Below the pieces are notes generated by a model. That model was not told where the DNA came from and did not search any database. It worked only from the letters and a program-made list of their open reading frames with translations. From a virus (lineage: Duplodnaviria > Caudoviricetes): a DNA stretch of 52,467 nucleotides. The stretch covers positions 1 through 52,467 of the IMG/VR virus record IMGVR_UViG_3300022746_000027. One strand, given 5' to 3'. Shown here piece by piece: positions 47,925 to 52,467 of this stretch (its first letter is position 1; every line of letters begins with the position of its first letter). Position numbers and translations under genes: made by a program.

Positions 47925-48875
47925 ATGATGAATGTGAATATGAATGAATCTTTGTGGGTGGAACGATACAGGCCACATAAAGTGGCAGACTGTATTCTTC
48001 CTGATGATCTAAAGAATACGTTTCAACAATACGTCGACCGCAAAGAAATTCCTCATCTGCTTATTTGTGGTACAGCTGGAACTGGAAAGACCACAATCGC
48101 TCGGGCGTTGTGTGAGGAAGTTGGATGCGATTATCTAATCATCAATGGTTCTGATGAAAACGGAATCGATACGTTTAGAACGAAAATCAAGAATTATGCT
48201 TCATCTATGTCATTTAGTGGTACTAAGAAAGTAATCATCATCGATGAAGCAGATGGTCTGAACCCAAATAGCGTCCAACCTGCTATGCGAGCAGCGATGG
48301 AAGAGTTTGCGCATAACTGCACTTTCATTATGACTTGCAACTATAAGAATCGAATTATCGATCCGCTACACAGTCGATGTGCTGTCATCGAATTCAAGCT
48401 TCGCAAGGAAGATAAGCCGAAGATGGCTTCTCTGTTTATGAAGCGAGCAGCACAGATTCTAAAGAACGAGGGTGTAGAATTCGATGCTCCTGTTCTTGCA
48501 GAAGTTGTTAAGAAGCATTTTCCAGACTATCGCCGTGTTCTGAATGAACTACAGCGATATGCTGTAAGTGGTAAGATCGATGCTGGTATTCTGGCATCTG
48601 TTGCTGATGTCTCATTGTCTGAACTCATAAAGTCGCTAAAGGCGAAAGACTTCAGTTCTATGCGTAAGTGGGTATCTGAAAATAGCAACGATGATAGTGT
48701 TAGAATTTTCCGTAAGATCTATGACGGTCTATATGACTACATGGAAAAGGGATCAATTCCTCTTGCGGTTGTAGTTCTTGCGAAGTATCAGTATCAAGCT
48801 GCGTTCGTTGCTGACCAGGAACTAAATCTCGTTGCTTGTATGACCGAAGTCATGTCAGACTGTGAGTTTGTGTGA
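47925..48875 (+). CDS. gp44: Clamp loader large subunit gp44
   Basis: LWVERYRP, GTAGTGKTT, IIDEAD, PLHSRC, FPDYRRVLNELQRY. Confidence 0.96.
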   Translation: MMNVNMNESLWVERYRPHKVADCILPDDLKNTFQQYVDRKEIPHLLICGTAGTGKTTIARALCEEVGCDYLIINGSDENGIDTFRTKIKNYASSMSFSGTKKVIIIDEADGLNPNSVQPAMRAAMEEFAHNCTFIMTCNYKNRIIDPLHSRCAVIEFKLRKEDKPKMASLFMKRAAQILKNEGVEFDAPVLAEVVKKHFPDYRRVLNELQRYAVSGKIDAGILASVADVSLSELIKSLKAKDFSSMRKWVSENSNDDSVRIFRKIYDGLYDYMEKGSIPLAVVVLAKYQYQAAFVADQELNLVACMTEVMSDCEFV

Positions 48876-49255
48876 TGGCAGATTTATTCAAAGAAATCCT
48901 ACCGTCGATTCTCCAGACTAAGAAGTATGCACTTCTAACTACGCAGGATGAATCATCGTATCCTCACTTCATGGTGGGTAGAGCATTATCATACTATCCT
49001 GATACTGTTTTGCTTGCTAATGAAGTGAACAAGATTCCCCATATCGACAATAAACTCAAATACGATCTATTGCTAAATAGTATCAAGCCTTACAAACGCC
49101 AATATAAAAAATGGCATAAGAAGGTTTCCGACGATGATTTGAGTACGATCAAGGAATATTATGGCTATTCAGATGCTAAGGCAATCGAAGCCCTGTCTAT
49201 TCTTAGTGACGATCAAATCGCCGAACTAAGAAAAAGAACATATAAGGGTGATTGA
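48872..49255 (+). CDS. gp62: Clamp loader small subunit gp62
   Basis: FMVGRALSYYPDTVLLANEVN, IKEYYGYSDAKA.EAL.IL. Confidence 0.93.
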   Translation: MMADLFKEILPSILQTKKYALLTTQDESSYPHFMVGRALSYYPDTVLLANEVNKIPHIDNKLKYDLLLNSIKPYKRQYKKWHKKVSDDDLSTIKEYYGYSDAKAIEALSILSDDQIAELRKRTYKGD

Positions 49256-49655
49256 TATGGTTAGCACATTGGTAGAGATTGAACTAGCTGAGAAGAACGA
49301 CTTTCTGAAAGTAAGAGAAACGCTTACCCGTATTGGCATCGCAGCGAAGAATCAGGACATACTATATCAGTCATGTCATATTCTACACAAGCAGGGTAAA
49401 TACTACATCGTACACTTCAAGGAGCTATTTGCACTAGATGGAAAGCCCAGTAATATTTCTGATAGCGATATTGCTCGTCGTAACACTATCGCAAATCTAA
49501 TCGCAGAGTGGGGACTAGTCAAGATTGTTGACACCAACAGAACCCAGGATCCAGTTGCGCCACTAAGTCAGATCAAGATTCTATCGCATAAGGACAAGGG
49601 TAATTGGGAACTAGTTGCCAAGTACAACATCGGCAAAAAGAAGCGTGAAGATTGA
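49248..49655 (+). CDS. regA: Translational repressor RegA
   Basis: DFLKVRETLTRIGIA, LYQSCHILHKQGKYYIVHFKELF, WELVAKYNIG. Confidence 0.97.
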   Translation: MIDMVSTLVEIELAEKNDFLKVRETLTRIGIAAKNQDILYQSCHILHKQGKYYIVHFKELFALDGKPSNISDSDIARRNTIANLIAEWGLVKIVDTNRTQDPVAPLSQIKILSHKDKGNWELVAKYNIGKKKRED

Positions 49656-50071
49656 AAGATAAATTCATACGATTCTATCTAGACACCGCTGAATTGGCGG
49701 CGAATGATCTATCACATGCTCGGAGACTGAAAGTGGGTGCGGTGATCGTTAGAGGTGATCGCACTCTGTCTTACGGATACAATGGTACACCACCAGGTGA
49801 AGATAACAATTGTGAAGACCTGATAGATGGTATACTAGTGACGAAGCCGAACGTCATCCATGCCGAAGATAATGCAATCAGAAAGGTGCACAAAGAGGGT
49901 GAAGTCTGTCATGGCGCCACAATGTTTACCACTCACGCTCCATGTAAAGGCTGTGCGGAAAAGATTGCAAGTGCTGGTATAGTTACTGTATACTATAGAA
50001 ACAAGTATAGATCCCAAGACGGGCTGGAACTATTGAAACTTATGGGCATAGAGGCTATTCATTATGATTGA
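49652..50071 (+). CDS. cd: dCMP deaminase
   Basis: KVGAVIV, GYNGTP, HAEDNAI, PCKGC. Confidence 0.92.
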   Translation: MKDKFIRFYLDTAELAANDLSHARRLKVGAVIVRGDRTLSYGYNGTPPGEDNNCEDLIDGILVTKPNVIHAEDNAIRKVHKEGEVCHGATMFTTHAPCKGCAEKIASAGIVTVYYRNKYRSQDGLELLKLMGIEAIHYD

Positions 50072-50567
50072 AGTGATTATGTTAGATATGGATGGAGTGT
50101 TGTGTGACTTCAGCCAAAAGTACAATGAGTTGTTTGGTATGTATCCAGACAAGACTCCAAAGAAAAAGTGGAAAGCTAATTGGGAAGAGTTTGTCTTGGG
50201 TGAACACTTCAAGACACTAGAATGGCATGAGCATGGTAGAGAGTTGTATGAGGGTGTCAAGAAACACGCACTATACAATGGCATCAAGATTGAGATTCTA
50301 ACATCTGCTGCTGGTGACGCGATGATCGATAGTATTGCTTATCAGAAAAGAAAGTGGCTTCTGAATAACAACATCAAACATCGATATGCACACATTGTTC
50401 CGGGAAAGAAGTATAAGAAGGACTTCGCTGATCCTAAACATCTACTGATCGATGATATGGATGTCAATGTCGCCCAGTTTAGAGTTGCGGGTGGTAATGC
50501 TATTCTCCACAAGACTGCCAAAGACACACTAGAGCAATTGACTAGCGGAAACTATGCCAGCCTTTGA
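50064..50567 (+). CDS. HAD-family 5'(3')-deoxyribonucleotidase-like protein
   Basis: LDMDGVLCDF, ILTS, QKRKWL, LLIDD. Confidence 0.85.
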   Translation: MIEVIMLDMDGVLCDFSQKYNELFGMYPDKTPKKKWKANWEEFVLGEHFKTLEWHEHGRELYEGVKKHALYNGIKIEILTSAAGDAMIDSIAYQKRKWLLNNNIKHRYAHIVPGKKYKKDFADPKHLLIDDMDVNVAQFRVAGGNAILHKTAKDTLEQLTSGNYASL

Positions 50568-50793
50568 TTGGTGGCTCAAATGGACATCGACTGGATTGCT
50601 TATAGCAGGATCGATTCTAACCAGCATCAATCTATATCCAGTAAACATCATTTTCAGTTTTGCCGGGAATGCGGGCTGGGCATGGGCAGGCTGGCGCATG
50701 AGAGAGCCGAGCCTGTGGGTAGTCTCGCTAGTGCTGCTGGCGATCTATTCCAGCGGGCTGTGGATCGCTGGAGGACACTTTCCAAGCCCGTAG
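50554..50793 (+). CDS. Small membrane protein (PnuC-like short form)
   Basis: Three hydrophobic segments; KW.ST..LI.G..LTS...YP.N. Confidence 0.55.
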   Translation: MPAFDWWLKWTSTGLLIAGSILTSINLYPVNIIFSFAGNAGWAWAGWRMREPSLWVVSLVLLAIYSSGLWIAGGHFPSP

Positions 50794-50859
50794 CACTCTA
50801 TACCAGGGGTCTGGAAAGACTCGCTCCAGCGGCTTCCTAGAGCGTTCCAGAGGGTCTCG

Positions 50860-50921
50860 TAAGTTATTGATTCTATTAGAGAATTCCGAGTTGAGTTTTC
50901 CCAGGAATCTAGTATTATAAT
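50860..50921 (+). promoter_or_regulatory. Early promoter 3 with upstream IHF-consensus box
   Basis: TAAGTTATTGATT 50860-72, TTGAGT 50891, TATTATAAT 50913-21. Confidence 0.75.
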
Positions 50922-50924
50922 CCT

Positions 50925-51173
50925 ATGAAAAGCGAAAACGAATTGAAGGTTGGGGACGTAATTAAGTCCCTGGATTTCATCAATATTGATGATACTTATT
51001 TCATCGGTAAGGTTGTGTCTATCGATGAGGAAGCTGGCACGTTCCGTGCTAAGTCTATATCCCGAATCTTCCTTGGTAGTACTGCAAAAGAATTCAACGA
51101 ATTCTTCGCGGCTCCCCTGCCGGGAATGATGATGCTGGATGACATCGGTACACGAATTGAGGTGCTCGCGTGA
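50925..51173 (+). CDS. Early hypothetical protein (probably leaderless mRNA)
   Basis: ATG lies a few nt after the -10 box; no RBS. Confidence 0.6.
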   Translation: MKSENELKVGDVIKSLDFINIDDTYFIGKVVSIDEEAGTFRAKSISRIFLGSTAKEFNEFFAAPLPGMMMLDDIGTRIEVLA

Positions 51174-51373
51174 ATTGGAATCTTGAAGGTCTTTCTGTTC
51201 GTGGCATGTACATGGGCAAATTCCCTGTTGTTGGCACGGTCGAATTGTCTCGCGTAAAGTATGGTGGAGAAGTTTCCCACCACGTTGTGCTGGATGAGTC
51301 AATCGAGGTTTTCGGTGCGATTCGGGATCGTGTGATCCTCGAACATAAGTATGTCACGCAGGTGAATGGCTAA
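51170..51373 (+). CDS. Early hypothetical protein
   Basis: GTGA overlap, GAGG RBS; WNLEG..V.G.Y...SRVKYGG.V.H.V.LD. Confidence 0.6.
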   Translation: MNWNLEGLSVRGMYMGKFPVVGTVELSRVKYGGEVSHHVVLDESIEVFGAIRDRVILEHKYVTQVNG

Positions 51374-52146
51374 TGAGTAAAATCACACTTTTGAATATTG
51401 ACGCCAACGCAAAAACGGTGAAGGGTCAGAAGAAAGGCTATATGACAGCCATTCTATATCTAGCGCCGTTCAAGCTTTCGGGCTATCAGGTTTGCCCGAC
51501 GGCAGAAATTTCTGGCTGCGTTGCCGACTGTCTTAATACAGCCGGGCGTGGTGGCATGGCTCGAAAGGACGCTGAATCTATCAATGTCGATGGATTCGAG
51601 GTTAAGCTGAATTCGGTTCAGAATGCCCGCATCGCCCGCACTCGGTTCTTCTTCGAGGACCGTGTGTCGTTCATGTATCAGTTGGTAAAGGAAATCGAGG
51701 CGGCTTATGTCAAAGCCGCTAAGAACGATCTTACTCTGGTTGTACGTCTGAACGGCACTAGTGACATCCGTTGGGAGGACGTGATTCTTCCTGGCTATAA
51801 TGTCAATATCTTCGAAAAGTTTGACCAGATTCAATTCTATGATTACACCAAGATTCCGAATCGTCGGGTCAAGGACATCAAGAATTATCATCTTACATTC
51901 TCCGTGTCCGCTCGCAAGGAATTTTACCCAATCTGGGATAAGGCTCAGAAATTCTATGGTCGTGGCATGAATTATGCTGTTGTGTTCAAGGGTAAGAAGT
52001 TGCCCGAGGCATATCAGGGCTATCGTGTCATCAATGGCGATGAATCGGATCTTCGGTTCCTCGATGATAAGGGCGTTGTGGTTGGATTGATTGCTAAGGG
52101 TCGTGCAAGAAAGTCGACCAGTGGGTTCTGTGTGGAGGCTGCGTAA
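51373..52146 (+). CDS. Gp88-like protein with a three-Cys motif (possible Fe-S/radical-SAM-related)
   Basis: CPTAEISGCVADCL (Cx7Cx3C), RLNGTSDI, QFYDYTK, NYHLTFS, GDESDLRFLD. Confidence 0.65.
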   Translation: MSKITLLNIDANAKTVKGQKKGYMTAILYLAPFKLSGYQVCPTAEISGCVADCLNTAGRGGMARKDAESINVDGFEVKLNSVQNARIARTRFFFEDRVSFMYQLVKEIEAAYVKAAKNDLTLVVRLNGTSDIRWEDVILPGYNVNIFEKFDQIQFYDYTKIPNRRVKDIKNYHLTFSVSARKEFYPIWDKAQKFYGRGMNYAVVFKGKKLPEAYQGYRVINGDESDLRFLDDKGVVVGLIAKGRARKSTSGFCVEAA

Positions 52147-52356
52147 ATGACAAAATTTTTAGCTGTTGGTATTGCACTTGGATTTGTTGCATTGTTTTCT
52201 TTTATTCTGTCATATCCAGTATACTTACTGTGGAACGGCTGTCTCGTTGATGCTGTTACAATCGTAAAGCCTGTCACATGGCTACAGGCATGGGGTATCA
52301 GCGTACTATTCGCATTACTTGTAAAGTCTAGTGATGCTAAGGTGGAGCTAAAGTAA
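52147..52356 (+). CDS. Small two-TM membrane protein
   Basis: Hydrophobic; LLWN...VTWLQAWGI. Confidence 0.6.
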   Translation: MTKFLAVGIALGFVALFSFILSYPVYLLWNGCLVDAVTIVKPVTWLQAWGISVLFALLVKSSDAKVELK

Positions 52357-52467
52357 TGTATAGATCATCTGCACTCATAGTAAAGCCGCGAATTCCTTTT
52401 GATCCTGCTAATAGGCAGCATCAGCTTGACTTCGCTGAATTTATCAAGTATAATAACTGGAGAAGTG
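52356..52467 (+). CDS. Hypothetical protein, 3'-truncated
   Basis: TAATG coupling; frame open to the window end. Confidence 0.5.
   Translation, partial: MYRSSALIVKPRIPFDPANRQHQLDFAEFIKYNNWRS

Noticed and set aside
1-52467. Stop-codon reassignment or introns/inteins in core genes
   Set aside because: Core genes are full length and uninterrupted in the standard bacterial code; TAA, TGA and TAG all serve as stops

Overview
A 52.5-kb segment of a T4-like (T4 superfamily, myovirus) dsDNA phage genome; all credible genes lie on the + strand. 1-16.5 kb is an accessory virion-fibre region (proline-poor Gly-X-Gln collagen-like proteins, repeated beta domains, a Gly-rich protein, a 2OG-Fe(II) oxygenase, an SGNH esterase). 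16.5-30.9 kb is the conserved virion module gp13-gp14-gp15-gp16-gp17-gp18-gp19-gp20-core/internal proteins-gp21-gp22-gp23-gp3. 30.9-50.8 kb holds uvsY, uvsW, gp55, gp47, gp46, peptide deformylase, a vWA/MoxR-AAA pair, a three-glycosyltransferase plus dNMP kinase cluster, gp45, a dsbA-like gene, gp44, gp62, regA, dCMP deaminase and a HAD nucleotidase. An early-gene island starts at 50.9 kb. Main observations: (1) three sigma70-type promoters each carry an identical IHF-consensus box starting exactly 31 nt before the -35 hexamer and head islands with different codon usage; (2) a promoter-embedded palindrome plus a predicted 5'-UTR pseudoknot precede a small HTH gene; (3) a candidate multi-step DNA hypermodification cluster; (4) a late-expressed Gly-rich fibre and hydroxylase module; (5) an antisense promoter at gp55; (6) structured leaders on two degenerate homing-endonuclease-like inserts. 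No tRNA, rRNA, CRISPR array or reverse transcriptase was seen. All family assignments come from motif recognition and synteny, not from database searches.
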